Source: Octopus bimaculoides (lineage: Eukaryota). From it: 64,000 nt of DNA. How positions within the stretch are numbered: position 1 is the first letter of the stretch; each line of letters begins with the position of its first letter. The DNA lies in NCBI RefSeq assembly GCF_001194135.2, contig NC_068995.1, positions 32,721,351-32,785,350 of the forward strand, in the 5' to 3' direction. The notes beneath the pieces were generated by a model, which saw only the letters and a program-made list of their open reading frames with translations, ran no database searches and had not been told where the DNA came from. Shown piece after piece: positions 1-11,313 of the stretch. A program made the translations under genes and the position numbers.

Positions 1-171
1 TCTTGCTCTCCTCCTATCAAACCACTATAATTGTTAGTTTTTGTTCAGATTTTCTAAAATGTTAGTATTCCATAAGAAATATGTGGTAAAGAATGTTATC
101 TTTTAAGAGCCCCTCTCAAACTGAAGGCAGCAACAATAATGTTAAGCAATATTTCACCAGAATGCTAACAT

Positions 172-177
172 TTTATT
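172..177 (-). promoter_or_regulatory. Possible polyadenylation signal (AATAAA) of GBA
   Basis: tttatt on + is AATAAA on the coding strand, ~750 nt after the stop; another lies at 662-667. Such hexamers are common in AT-rich DNA. Confidence 0.2.
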
Positions 178-928
178 TACATAGAACTTTCTTCAACTCT
201 TAATAGCCTGTACTAAATAGTGTGGAACATCTTTCTTTTTTTTTTTTTATATATTTCTCAAATAAAATTTGGAAACTAAAATTGTCTTAAGTAGTTTGCT
301 ATTACTTTTTATACCTTTATGTATCTAAAGTTGTCCTAAGTCTCTCACTATAAAGGTATATTAACAATCTATATTTCTTGATTTATCCATCTAAATTTCC
401 TTTATAATGTTTACAACAGAAAAGGATTGGGATATATATATCTTGAGATACAAGCTAGAGTGTAAATTGATGGATATTTACATACCTGCTTTAATGATGA
501 TGAAACTAATTATGTCACATAATTGAGTGAAATAGTTAAACATGAAATATATTTTCTGCTTCATTGTTTCTGTGTGACGTCCATCATTATGCAGTAAGCC
601 ATTATTGACCTTAGAAAGTAGGTAGAAGTATTAGTCTGGTATTTAGAATGGATTAGACTGATTTATTTCAGATATAGATGAATCAACAAGAATTTTAAGA
701 TTGGTTGAAGTTATTCAACAACAGCATGATATTCCAGTCATCAGAATTCCATCTGTTTTCATATATCCAAGACTGTCCAAATGGATCTTTTTTAAATTTT
801 TTTTAAGAGATGGGAGATATGTCTTATCCTTCAGGTATATAGTGATTCCCTCAATTTATGATCTAAAGATGTTTGTGGAGAGAGGCAATAAGGTTGCTGG
901 TGAGATCAGATTTTTCAATATACTTACA

Positions 929-1034
929 TCATTTGTTCCACCAAATTAATGTCTGGATTGAATGTTGATCAGCATTACCTACAATTTGTCCTAGATGTGG
1001 GTCACGTATTGTATATTTAACACTTTTATCTTGT
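929..1034 (-). CDS. GBA: Glucosylceramidase, last coding exon (human exon 11 equivalent)
   Basis: ttcttcag|A CAA GAT... encodes (R)QDKSVKYTIRDPHLGQIVGNADQHSIQTLIWWNK*, stop TGA at 931-929. Matches human [34 protein letters not shown]. 106 bp; phase 2 fits the previous exon. Confidence 0.93.
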
Positions 1035-1110
1035 CTGAAGAAGAAAAATGAAATATTGATATTACAGGATGTTTAAATAAGCAGAACCCATAGATATTCG
1101 TTATATAACA

Positions 1111-1310
1111 TACAGGGGCAGGGGTGCTGAAAAGTTCCTGGCTTTGGGTAAAAGCGGATCGGTTATGATTTTATTCAACATATTCCCATCTCAGATTCAT
1201 ATACTTATTGCAGTTTTTCTAAGCTCTGTAAAAGAACTCAGAAAGTTGGGCCACCAACCAAGCCTCCTGTAATACCCTTAAAGCCAGGAACTTTTCAGCA
1301 CCCCTTCATA
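1111..1310. mobile_element. Mariner-type MITE
   Basis: 25-bp inverted repeats ggggtgctgaaaagttcctggcttt (1121-1145) and aaagccaggaacttttcagcacccc (1280-1304); no ORF. Confidence 0.75.
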
Positions 1311-1827
1311 AACGCTTCCAAGGTGTATGTGTCCATTTAGTATATTGTTAATTAGTCAGTGAATGTTCTAATTGCAACCAGTATCATGAGATTTAGGTAC
1401 TGAAGCCTGTAATCTGTATTGTGAAGACTAGCAGGCATTTGGTAAGTGGAGCAAGACTTTTGGACCCATGATTGCATAGTTTTGGGCTCGATTCCTAGCA
1501 TAGGTAGTACGTTGTGTTCTTCAGCAAGGTATTTCATTTAATATTGCTCCAGTTCACTCAACTGAAAATGTGTTGCTTCCTGTAGAATGGCCAAAAATTT
1601 TAGTATTGCAACATGTCAACAACATCCAAGACGATGGATGTATCATCTAAGACAAAACAAAAAACATGCCTCATAGTAAAGAGACTTGCTGGTAGAGAAA
1701 GCCAAAGCAGTGTATGTACATTGGATTCTTGGGTACAACCCACTGCACCAACATACTAGATATGCTGTGTCAGATGATATGTGCATGGAATTTGGTCTGA
1801 AAGCCTGTTGTGTGTGTATAAATATAT

Positions 1828-2104
1828 AGGCACAGGCATGGCTGTGTGATAAGATTGCTTTCCACTATAGCCTTGGGCTGACCAAAGCCTTGTTAGTGCA
1901 TTTGGTAGATGGAAACTAAAAGAAGCCCATCGTATATATATATGTGTGTGTGTGTGTTTGTATCTCTGTAACTTAGTGGTTTGGCAAAAAAGACTGATAG
2001 AATAAGTACTAGGCTTTAAAAAATGTCCTGGGGTCGATTTGTTCGACTAAAACTCAAGGCAGTGCTCCAGCATGGCCGCAGTCAAATGACAAACAAGTAA
2101 AAGT
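1828..2104 (+). mobile_element. tRNA/CORE-type SINE (family A)
   Basis: tRNA-like head, core ctatagccttgggctgaccaaagccttg...gaaactaaaagaagccc, internal (TA)/(TG) tract, tail ...gcagtgctccagcatggccgcagtcaaatgac. Further copies at ~11450-11833(-), 15790-16170(-), 19830-20165(+), 47340-47590(-), 48730-49110(+), 52660-53050(-), 53290-53590(-), 58200-58460(-), 61610-61790(+) and 62070-62390(-). Confidence 0.8.
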
Positions 2105-2131
2105 GTATATATATATATATATATATATATA

Positions 2132-2648
2132 TCATCATCGTCATTTAACGTCCGTTTTCCATGCTAGCATGGGTTGGACGATTTGACTGAGGACTGGTGA
2201 AACCGGATGGCAACACCAGGCTCCAATTTGATTTGGCAGAGTTTCTACAGCTGGATGCCCATCCTAAGGCAAACCACTCAGAGAGTGTAGTGGGTGCTTT
2301 TACGTGTCACCCGCACGAAGGCCAGTCAGGCGGTACTGGCAACGGCCACGCTCAAGATGGTGTATTTTATGTGCCACCTGCACAGGAGCACTGGCAACGA
2401 TCTCACTCAAAAATCTTACGAAGGCCAGTCAGGCGGTACTGGCAACGGCCACGCTCAAAATGGTGTGTTTTATGTGCCACCCACACAAGAGCCAGTCCAG
2501 GGGCACTGGCAACGATCTCGCTCAAAAATCCTACAAAGGCCAGTCAGGCAATACTGGCAACGGCCACGCTCAAAATGGTGTATTTTATGTGCCACCCGCA
2601 CAAGAGCCAGTCCAAGGGCACTGGCAACGATCTCGCTCGAAAGTCCTT
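2132..2648 (-). mobile_element. RTE-type LINE 3' end with tandem-repeat 3'UTR
   Basis: On the minus strand ...ggatgggcatccagctgtagaaactctgcc...ccaacccatgctagcatggaaaacggacgttaaatgacgatgatga tail. Three ~103-115 bp internal tandem units starting at 2320, 2423 and 2538. Abuts (TA)n. Confidence 0.8.
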
Positions 2649-2887
2649 AGACATGCCGCGGGCATGTCACTTAGCTTTGGGCTAAGGCATGCAGCTGTGA
2701 TCATCCTATCTGTCTTTCCATTTTTAAGATTTGAGGGAAATTTGGCTATTTCTATCAAGTAATTTCGTAGAGTCTCTCAATGGTTGATGTTATGCATAGC
2801 TTCTCAAGCAATAAACACAACTCATCTTGTCTTTGTGGTGTTGCACTGTTCATGGGCAACATACTTAATCTGAAACTTGTGTCATAT

Positions 2888-3247
2888 TGTTGTTGTTGGC
2901 ACTCCGTCGCTTACGACGGAACAGCCTGCTCGTGAAATTAACGTGCAAGTGGCTGAGCACTCCACAGACACGTGTACTCTTAAAGTAGTTCTCGGGGATA
3001 TTCAGCATGACACAGTGTGACAAGGCTGACCCTTTGAATTACAGGCACAACAGAAACAGGAAGAAAGAGTGAGAGAAAGTTGTGGTGAAAGAGTACAGCA
3101 GGGTTTACCACCATCCCCTGCCGGAGCCTCGTAGAGCTTTAGGTGTTTTCGCTCAATAAGCACTCACAACACCCGGTCTGGGAATCGAAACCACGATCCT
3201 ATGACCGCGAGTCCGCTGCTCTAACCACTGGGCCATTGTGCCTCCAC
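2888..3247 (-). mobile_element. tRNA-derived SINE (family B)
   Basis: Minus-strand head gtggaggcacaatggcccagtggttagagcagcggactcgcggtcataggatcgtggtttcgattcccagacc carries A and B boxes. The 3' block ...ctgtggagtgctcagccacttgcacgttaatttcacgagcaggctgttcc is shared with CORE-like copies at 3826-4070(-), 9420-9740(-), 18935-19235(+), 29876-30202(+) and 61205-61385(+). Confidence 0.8.
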
Positions 3248-4210
3248 GCTTGTGTCATAGTAAAGCAGTTATTAAGCAAGATATTAGGATAATAATTAGC
3301 ATAATCAGTATGAAGTAGCTGAGGTAGATATTCATCTCTAGCTGATGCAGGAACTGGGCTTATTCCTTTGTTCATTTAAATCTTTTGACACCAATCCACA
3401 CAAGACCACCTCTGCTTCTATAATATAAACTTTCCATATAAAGTGATCTAAATTGAAATTTCCCATTTAAATTCTGTTAATTTGTGTTCCAATTAGCAGC
3501 TTAGTAATGACCAAGATATTTTACCAAATTCTTTATTATTTGCAAAATTAATTGAAAGAAATGCAACGTAGTCCAACAGAAATATGGTAACAAAAGAGTT
3601 AATATCCATTTTTTTTTTCAAGTTAGCATAGGATGGGCAATGAGTAACTTGAGACAGGGTTTTACAATTGGATGTTGTCAACCCTTACTGTTTTTCAAAT
3701 AAGGAATATTTTATTCAAAAAGTGTTTAAAAGTAAAGTGACCAGTCAATATCAACATCAATACCATTTTGTTCATGCAGTAACAAGCATGGAACAACATT
3801 AAAAAAAAAAACCCAACACTCTGTTAGTTATGATGATGAGGGCTCCAAGTGATCCAATCAACAGAACAGCCTACTCATGAAATTAACATGCAAGTGGCTG
3901 AGTACTCCACAGACATGCATACCCTTAATGTAGTTCTTGGGGAAATTTAGCATGACACAGAATGTGGCAAGGCTGGCCATTTGAAACACAGGTACTACTC
4001 ATTTTTGCCAGCTGAGTGGACTGGAGCAACGTGAAATAAGGTGTCTTGTTCAAGGACACAACATGCCACCAAGCCACACACCCCCACTAAATATCAATTT
4101 TTATGTCCAACAATGGGTTTCTTGCAGTTTCTTCCTCTCAAATCCACCTACGAAGCATTTGTTGGTCAGGAGCTATATAGTAGAAGACACCTAAAGTCTC
4201 TATGTATTAA

Positions 4211-4410
4211 CCCTTTTGTTAGTGTATTCATTTTGAGATGCTCTGTGTTTCTTTCAATTACTTTAAATATAACAAAGAAGTTAGTAAGATAACTTAGTTA
4301 TCATTCAGCTAGTGTTAGGAACATAAATTGTGACTAAGGTTTGGTGGAAGATTTTGAAAACAAGACATTTGTACTCAGAGCTAGTTTCAGCTGGGTTGGT
4401 AATGAAAGGG
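4211..4410. mobile_element. piggyBac-type MITE (family 1)
   Basis: TTAA|cccttttgttag...gtaatgaaaggg|TTAA; the internal sequence matches 55843-56062 in opposite orientation. Confidence 0.8.
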
Positions 4411-4511
4411 TTAAGTATTATTTATTGAAGAAATGGTTTGTGTATGTGCTTGTCAAAAAGGTATTAGTAAATTAATAATAATAAAGAAATAAAAGTAAAT
4501 CTTAGAATTAC

Positions 4512-4625
4512 CGATTGACAATGACAACAACTGTAGCTTTGTCGGGACGGAGAAAACCAACTACATCTAAAGATTTTGGTATGTTTGTGATTTCAATTCT
4601 TACAGAGTCAGGTAAGATATATTTA
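4512..4625 (-). CDS. GBA: Glucosylceramidase exon (human exon 10 equivalent)
   Basis: aaaacag|T AAA TAT...AAT CG|gtaatt encodes (S)KYILPDSVRIEITNIPKSLDVVGFLRPDKATVVVIVN(R). Human: [40 protein letters not shown]. 114 bp, phase 2-2. Confidence 0.95.
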
Positions 4626-4832
4626 CTGTTTTAAAGAAAAAAACAAAAGATGAATTTAAAAAAAAAAAATTAAGTTCAAATCAATAGCAAATTTTAAGTT
4701 TGAGTCAAAAGCAAAATTGTGTAACACAATTTTTGTCCTTAGGTAGCAACTGTTATTTCCTATTTGCCTACCCCTAGAAAGTATGAAAAATAGTTAATAT
4801 TTCCTTCAAACTTTGCTTTTGTTACATTTATA

Positions 4833-4995
4833 CCAAACCCCAAAGAATCCCTCTCAACACATGGCTATGATGCTCCCTCACTACTGCTCATCATAAGAGA
4901 TGCACATAATGTCAACCATTAAGGGACATGCTCAAGTGGTCAAGGTCAATAAACTGACAAGCAAATCTATGGTATTGAGCAGAATATTTGCTATA
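4833..4995. repeat. Interspersed repeat (unclassified, SINE-like)
   Basis: caaaccccaaagaatccctctcaacacatggctatgatgctcc...tattgagcagaatatttgct occurs inverted at ~21760-21960 and partly at ~26220-26275. Confidence 0.65.
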
Positions 4996-5658
4996 ATGAT
5001 ATTTCTGCTTCAGCAACTCAGTGCTGAATCTGTCTGAAATGTAATGGAAAATAGGGCAGTTTCAAAACATTGATGTCCAGCTCACAAAAGCAAAATTTGA
5101 AAGGAATAGTAGGTAATCATTTCTAGATAGAAGCAAATAGGAAATAATACTTACTGACCAATGGAAAAAAACAATAAAAATTTTGTTACACAATGTAATT
5201 GCTAGTAACAAGTTTAAGGAAAAGGTTGGTCTGACCCAATACTGGGGTGGTACTTTATTTTATTAACCCCTAAAAGATATTAGAGAATAGGACAAAGACT
5301 GCCAATCCACTAATCTAATAAGTAACATTACTAATAAAGGAGAAAATATCATTATCACACTCTATTACTTTACTTCTAAGCTGAATATTTGCACCAAGAA
5401 AAAAAATGGTACTTATATTTATCCACCCTAAAATTTTAATGAAAGGTTAAAAAAGCAGAAAAATGTATAAAGTTGAAGAGAACAATTTTTGGATTCAGAT
5501 TCCTTACAACCCCAAATGGATGAAAGACAAAGTTGATATTAGTGGAAGTTCAAATAAGAATGTAAAGGTATTTGATTAAATACAACAAGGCATTTTTCTA
5601 GTCACTCCATCAATCCGAACATCACGAATAATAAATGTATTTTCAGTTCACTTAGGTA

Positions 5659-6827
5659 TCAGGCTGAGTAAAAAGTAAGCAACGTTTTGAAATATGAAAT
5701 TCATTACAATATATTTCAACAATGCAGAAATTTTATTCATCAAAGTATAATCAACACATTTTTGCCAACGAATTACAAGTTTGNNNNNNNNNNNNNNNNN
5801 NNNNNNNNNNNNNNNNNNNNNNNNNNNNNNNNNNNNNNNNNNNNNNNNNNNNNNNNNNNNNNNNNNNNNNNNNNNNNNNNNNNNNNNNNNNNNNNNNNNN
5901 NNNNNNNNNNNNNNNNNNNNNNNNNNNNNNNNNNNNNNNNNNNNNNNNNNNNNNNNNNNNNNNNNNNNNNNNNNNNNNNNNNNNNNNNNNNNNNNNNNNN
6001 NNNNNNNNNNNNNNNNNNNNNNNNNNNNNNNNNNNNNNNNNNNNNNNNNNNNNNNNNNNNNNNNNNNNNNNNNNNNNNNNNNNNNNNNNNNNNNNNNNNN
6101 NNNNNNNNNNNNNNNNNNNNNNNNNNNNNNNNNNNNNNNNNNNNNNNNNNNNNNNNNNNNNNNNNNNNNNNNNNNNNNNNNNNNNNNNNNNNNNNNNNNN
6201 NNNNNNNNNNNNNNNNNNNNNNNNNNNNNNNNNNNNNNNNNNNNNNNNNNNNNNNNNNNNNNNNNNNNNNNNNNNNNNNNNNNNNNNNNNNNNNNNNNNN
6301 NNNNNNNNNNNNNNNNNNNNNNNNNNNNNNNNNNNNNNNNNNNNNNNNNNNNNNNNNNNNNNNNNNNNNNNNNNNNNNNNNNNNNNNNNNNNNNNNNNNN
6401 NNNNNNNNNNNNNNNNNNNNNNNNNNNNNGTCATTGATGACAGATGAGTGTCCACTACGCTCACAATCTTCAAGGCTAAGGTCTCCACTGCAAAATTGTT
6501 TAAACCATTTTCGAGCTGACCACTCACTGGTCATTTCTTCACCAAACATTTTGTTGATATTGCAAGCAGTTTCAGCTGCTTTACATCCTTTTTTGAAGTT
6601 GAATAGCAAAATTGCTAGAATACCGCGCTTTGACAGTTCCATTTCAGATGACTGTAACAACGGTGAAAAAAATATCAATGTTAATTTATTGATGCATTTC
6701 GGCAAGTTTATGTCTGTTTTATCAGACAATTCAAAAGTAAAATGTTTTTAAAAAATTCAAGACGCTGCAAAAATCTGGTACAAATTCTTCATGGTTCAAA
6801 ACGTTGCTTACTTTTCACTCAACCTAA
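5659..6827 (-). mobile_element. Mariner transposon (gap inside)
   Basis: TA-flanked TIRs tcaggctgagtaaaaagtaagcaacgttttgaa and ttcaaaacgttgcttacttttcactcaacctaa. Minus-strand N-terminal HTH MELSKRGILAILLFNFKKGCKAAETACNINKMFGEEMTSEWSARKWFKQFCSGDLSLEDCERSG. The middle is N. Confidence 0.9.
5784..6429. other. Assembly gap (others at 20168-20205, 31310-31773, 32503-33006, 35731-36122, 39447-39617, 40780-40909)
   Basis: Runs of N. ORF-track entries spanning them are artefacts. Confidence 0.99.
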
Positions 6828-6987
6828 TACAATATCTTGGGAGAAGTTACAATTACAGGTACTTCTTTACTGACTTCAGAGCAATGAAAGTCAATCTTAT
6901 AGAGTTTGAGCTGACAAATGAAGAGACTAAACTAGGTAAACATAAAACAATAGTGATCATCATAATCAAAAACTACAACAGCTTTAA

Positions 6988-7208
6988 CCCTTTAGTAATC
7001 AGATTACTCTGTCAAATGTAATACTTATTTATCTTCGTTGTTTTGAATTACTCATGATGATCTTGTAGCTTCAAGATTTCAAATGATGTCATTGTTTACT
7101 TTTAGAATAACACTCTAGGGTAAGTGTGAGAGGCCAAATCTAGATGGTTTGAACTTATAACAAGGTAGAATATTTGTGCCAGATATGGCCAGTTTAAATA
7201 CTAAAGGG
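6988..7208. mobile_element. piggyBac-type MITE (family 2)
   Basis: TTAA|ccctttagta...tactaaaggg|TTAA; internal sequence differs from family 1. Confidence 0.75.
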
Positions 7209-7343
7209 TTAACAAGACTACATGAACACAAAGTCATCAGAAAAAAACCTGTAGTAGTTTACAGGGTATTCTCATTTTTTTGTTTGTTTTGTTTTTGTAT
7301 TTAAAATATATGAATATCAAAACTATTGTATTTCAAAGTTTAC

Positions 7344-7507
7344 CTGAAATGTGCCATTATATAGTACATGGGCTGTTTGTAGAATTCCCCAGCTGTTTTA
7401 TTAACAATAATAGCACTGTCAACAAAATTCTTGGCCCAATTTGGACCACCTTCAAGATCAAGAGCCATATTCCAGTCTGTCCAACCCGTAACCCAGTGAT
7501 TCAAATC
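7344..7507 (-). CDS. GBA: Glucosylceramidase exon (human exon 9 equivalent)
   Basis: caacag|GAT...TTC AG|gtaaac encodes [54 protein letters not shown](S). 164 bp; carries the GWTDWN and GGPNW motifs. Confidence 0.97.
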
Positions 7508-7744
7508 CTGTTGTTAAAAAAAATGAAATGGTTAAACATCATACATCATATTACTTAATGTGAGTATATGCACTATTTACTACTGAAAAAAAGATAGTTC
7601 AACCTTTAATATAAAAGACTGAGACTTCTGGTGGCTTTCTGTGCTTGAGAAGACATACCAATCTAAGTAAAATAATGGCTGCCCATGCATACAAACATGT
7701 CCTCTCCATCCCTCTCTCAGCCAAGAGATCCTAAACTTGCGGGC

Positions 7745-8440
7745 TCATGGGTGCTGGTGCCATGTAAAAGTGCCCATGCCAGTGTCACACAACAGTGCCC
7801 ATGCCTATGCTATGTAAAAGCACTTGTGCCCATGCTGGTGTTACATAAAAGTACCTGGGCCCATGCCAGTTCCACATAACCACTTCCCATACCGGTTCCA
7901 AGTACATAACTGCTTCCCATATTGCATTCAGGCACATCACAGTGCCCATGCCTATGCTATGTAAAAGCACTTGTGCCCATGCTGGTGTTACATAAAAGTA
8001 CCTGGGCCCATGCCATGTAAAAGCACCCATGCCAGTTCCACATAACCACTTCCCATACCGGTTCCAAGTACATAACTGCTTCCCATACTGCATTCAGGCA
8101 CATCACAGTGCCCATGCCTGTGCTATGTAAAAGCACTTGTGCCCATTCTGGTGCCACATAAAAGCACCTGGACCTGTGCCATGTAAAAGCACCCATACCA
8201 CTTCCAAGTAAAAGCATGCCAGTGCCACATAAAAGTGCTCATGCTGGTGCCACATGAAAATGTCCAAGCCAATGCAATATAAAAGTGCCCAGTACACACC
8301 ATAAAGAGGTTGGCATTAGGAAGGGCATCCATCCATAGAAACCACGACAAATGGAACTCAGGTAGCCCTTCAGTTGGCCAACTCCTTTCAAACTGTCCAA
8401 CCCATGCCAGCATGAAGAACGAACACTAAAAGATAATGAT
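7745..8440 (+). mobile_element. RTE-related 3' end with higher-order tandem repeat
   Basis: Units starting at 7792, 7939 and 8105 (periods 147 and 166 bp) are built from gtgccacataaaagcac-like subunits. It ends ...ttggcattaggaagggcatcc...ccaacccatgccagcatg...gataatgatga. Confidence 0.7.
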
Positions 8441-9854
8441 GACTTCTTACACCCCTCACATAAGGCCTTATAATTTTAGAGAAAGGGGTCATGTGTATGA
8501 CCTTTCTAAGGGTCTTAGCAGTGTAAGGTGAAGTGAAATTGCTTTGTCTAAATATTGGAAACTACATCTTTATCCCAGCTTGCCTGGACTTGCCTCTTGC
8601 TCTTCAACATTCATACTTTTCACTCACTGGTGATAGTATGTACTCAAACTTAGTATAAACTAAAGATGACAACAATATAGATGTAACTGCTCTGGCAATG
8701 GCTTCTGGGAAACACAACGTGAGAAACACCTGTCACTTCTAACTTAAGAATTCTGCTAACAGATGGTGCAGTATAATTTTCATATGAATTTCAAAAGCAA
8801 AGTCAAGATTCTTATGAACTGAATACAATATGAAAGAAAGAGAAAAGCTTAAGTTAAGTGTTGCTGGTTATGTTTAGGGATTTTCATAAACTTGTTCTCT
8901 ATTAAAGATTATATTGATCTTTATCTTTGGCACAGGTGTGTGTGTGTGTTCATGAAAGTTTTTGTAGAAGGAAAATAAAACTATTCAACTTTGGTATATA
9001 ATTCATTGATTTAATTGATGTCACAATTTGTGCTAACAATAACTTCTTTTATAGAATACATTCATCTATGAAAGAAAGGAAAAAACAAAGACATATGTAT
9101 TTTTGCTTTGTTCATTTTTCCATGTTTTTCCATGCTAATATGAGTTAGACAAATATATCATTGAAGCATTGTTTTACAGCTGGATGCCCTTTCTGTCACT
9201 AACCCATACCTGTTTGTCAAGTAAGGGATTTCTAACTTCACATATTTTTGAAAATGTAAATCCAAAAGATGAATTTTTTTGAGAAGATAAATAACAACAT
9301 CTTATAGCTCTGCAATTTTCAGCAAAACAAAAATGTAAACACATACACAGACACACACACATACATGCATGTACATACATACACATACATGTATGTATGT
9401 GTGTATGTGTGTGTATATAACTGACACTCTCAGTTACAACAATGAGGCTTCCAACTGATTTGATCAACAGAACAACCTGCTTCTGAAATTAACATGCAAG
9501 TGGCTGAGCACTCCACAGACACACATACCCTTAATGTTCTTCTCAGGAAAATTCAGTGTGACATAAAATGTGACAAGGCTGGCCCTCTAAAATACAGGTG
9601 CTACTCATTTTTGCCAGTTGAATGAACTGGAACAATGTGAAATAAAGTGTGTTGCTGAATGACACAATGTGCTGCCAGAAATTGAACTCACAACCTTACG
9701 ACTGTGAGCCAAATACTCCTAACCACTAAGTCATGTGACTTCACTGAATATATATATATATATCGAAAATTAGGGAATGGAGTAGGTAAAATCCAGGCTA
9801 CATTGGTTTCATAGCTCACAGAACCTCAGAAGTAGTAAATTATTCAAACAAGAG

Positions 9855-9904
<50 letters not shown>

Positions 9905-11088
9905 TACATTATTTATATTATATATAATATTTATATATTATTTTCATATATGTACATATATATATATATATATATTATTTACATTATTTATATTATATAT
10001 AGTATTTATATATTATTTTCATATATGTACATATATATATATATATATACTAATGGTATTTATATATACCCCATTATTAGACTATTTTTCTTAGTCATTG
10101 CACGGTGATTGCTATAAGCTTTAGGCTTATATAAATACCATTATTGTTATTTACAGGATTGTAAAACCCAGCGCTGTATAACAAGACCATTCACACCGAA
10201 AGCATATATATATACATCTACACATACAATGGTCTTCTTACACTTTCCATCTACCAAATTACTGACAAAGCTTTCACTAGCCCAGAGCTACAGGAAGACA
10301 CTTGCCTAAGGTGTTATGCAGTAGGAAGCAAACATCTTAACCACACAACTATGCTTACCAGGATACATATTCCTGATTTAAAATTTTATGAGAAACGAAC
10401 CCTAAAAGTTAAGAGAATTTATTATACTTCAATTTTCACTTTAATCTGACTCAAACTCAGAATTCCAAGTTTGTCCCATTTCTCTTGCTCCCATTTCTAG
10501 TTTTCTGCATCACCTGACTTTTCCGCTGATATAGACACAGCTGCTATATGTATATTAACCCCTTGTCTCCCAAAACTCATCCTGTCAGTATAAACAAGTA
10601 GCTATCATGATACCCACTTCATAGGTGTCTAAATGTCTGTTCCTTTAACTTTCAAGCTATGACTCGAAGGCCTCTCCTTCCCATATATAAGACAATATTA
10701 CACAAACCAAAACAGGGACTATATAAAGTTAAAGAGACTTAGTCTTGTGAAAGACATGTCTCTAGTGCAGCCGGTACAATAAATGCACCCTAAATACATA
10801 CTGTAAAGTGGTTGGTGATATAAAGGGCATCCAGTTATAAAACCATCTCAAAAATAATCACATAAACAGCAACAACAGAATCAGTTAGTTCTTGTGTGTA
10901 CCAAATTAAGAAAGATCACATTAAATTGTGAAACGGAAGAGAGAAACAGGTAGTAAAAAGACTGCAGCAGGTTGCAAGTAAGTTGTTCTCCTTCTAATAA
11001 TTCATAAAATAACAGCTGACATCTAGAGAAGAAAAATCAATATTAGACCTTTACAACTCTGACAGTAAATAAAAGAAAAGAAAATAAC

Positions 11089-11313
11089 CTGGATGATGTC
11101 TTTGCTATAACTTTCAGCTCGATTCCAACTTCCAAGAGCCACTTTGGGCTGAACCCATGGATAAGATGCAGCACAAGCTTCAGTTCCCAAGATGAAATGA
11201 TTAGGAAACATTTCGTGTGTCTTGTCTAGAAATGACAGTGTCAAGTCAATATCTTCATACCAATGTACTGCAATGCCAGACACAAATGTTTTGGCTAAGG
11301 AGCTATTTAAAAC
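11089..11313 (-). CDS. GBA: Glucosylceramidase exon with catalytic nucleophile (human exon 8 equivalent)
   Basis: ttcttcaag|GTT...CAG|gttatt encodes VLNSSLAKTFVSGIAVHWYEDIDLTLSFLDKTHEMFPNHFILGTEACAASYPWVQPKVALGSWNRAESYSKDIIQ. 225 bp; TEAC holds the E340 equivalent. The acceptor is AAG. Confidence 0.97.

Noticed and set aside
2197-2762. Multiple overlapping 118-162 aa ORFs (also 13897-14341 and 7785-8413)
   Set aside because: They are artefacts of tandem repeats in RTE 3'UTRs, open in several frames.
9855-10108. YIYI-type ORFs and a 68-bp tandem duplication
   Set aside because: AT microsatellite slippage; the same applies to the (CA)n/(GT)n ORFs at 20711-21108 and 50800-51248.
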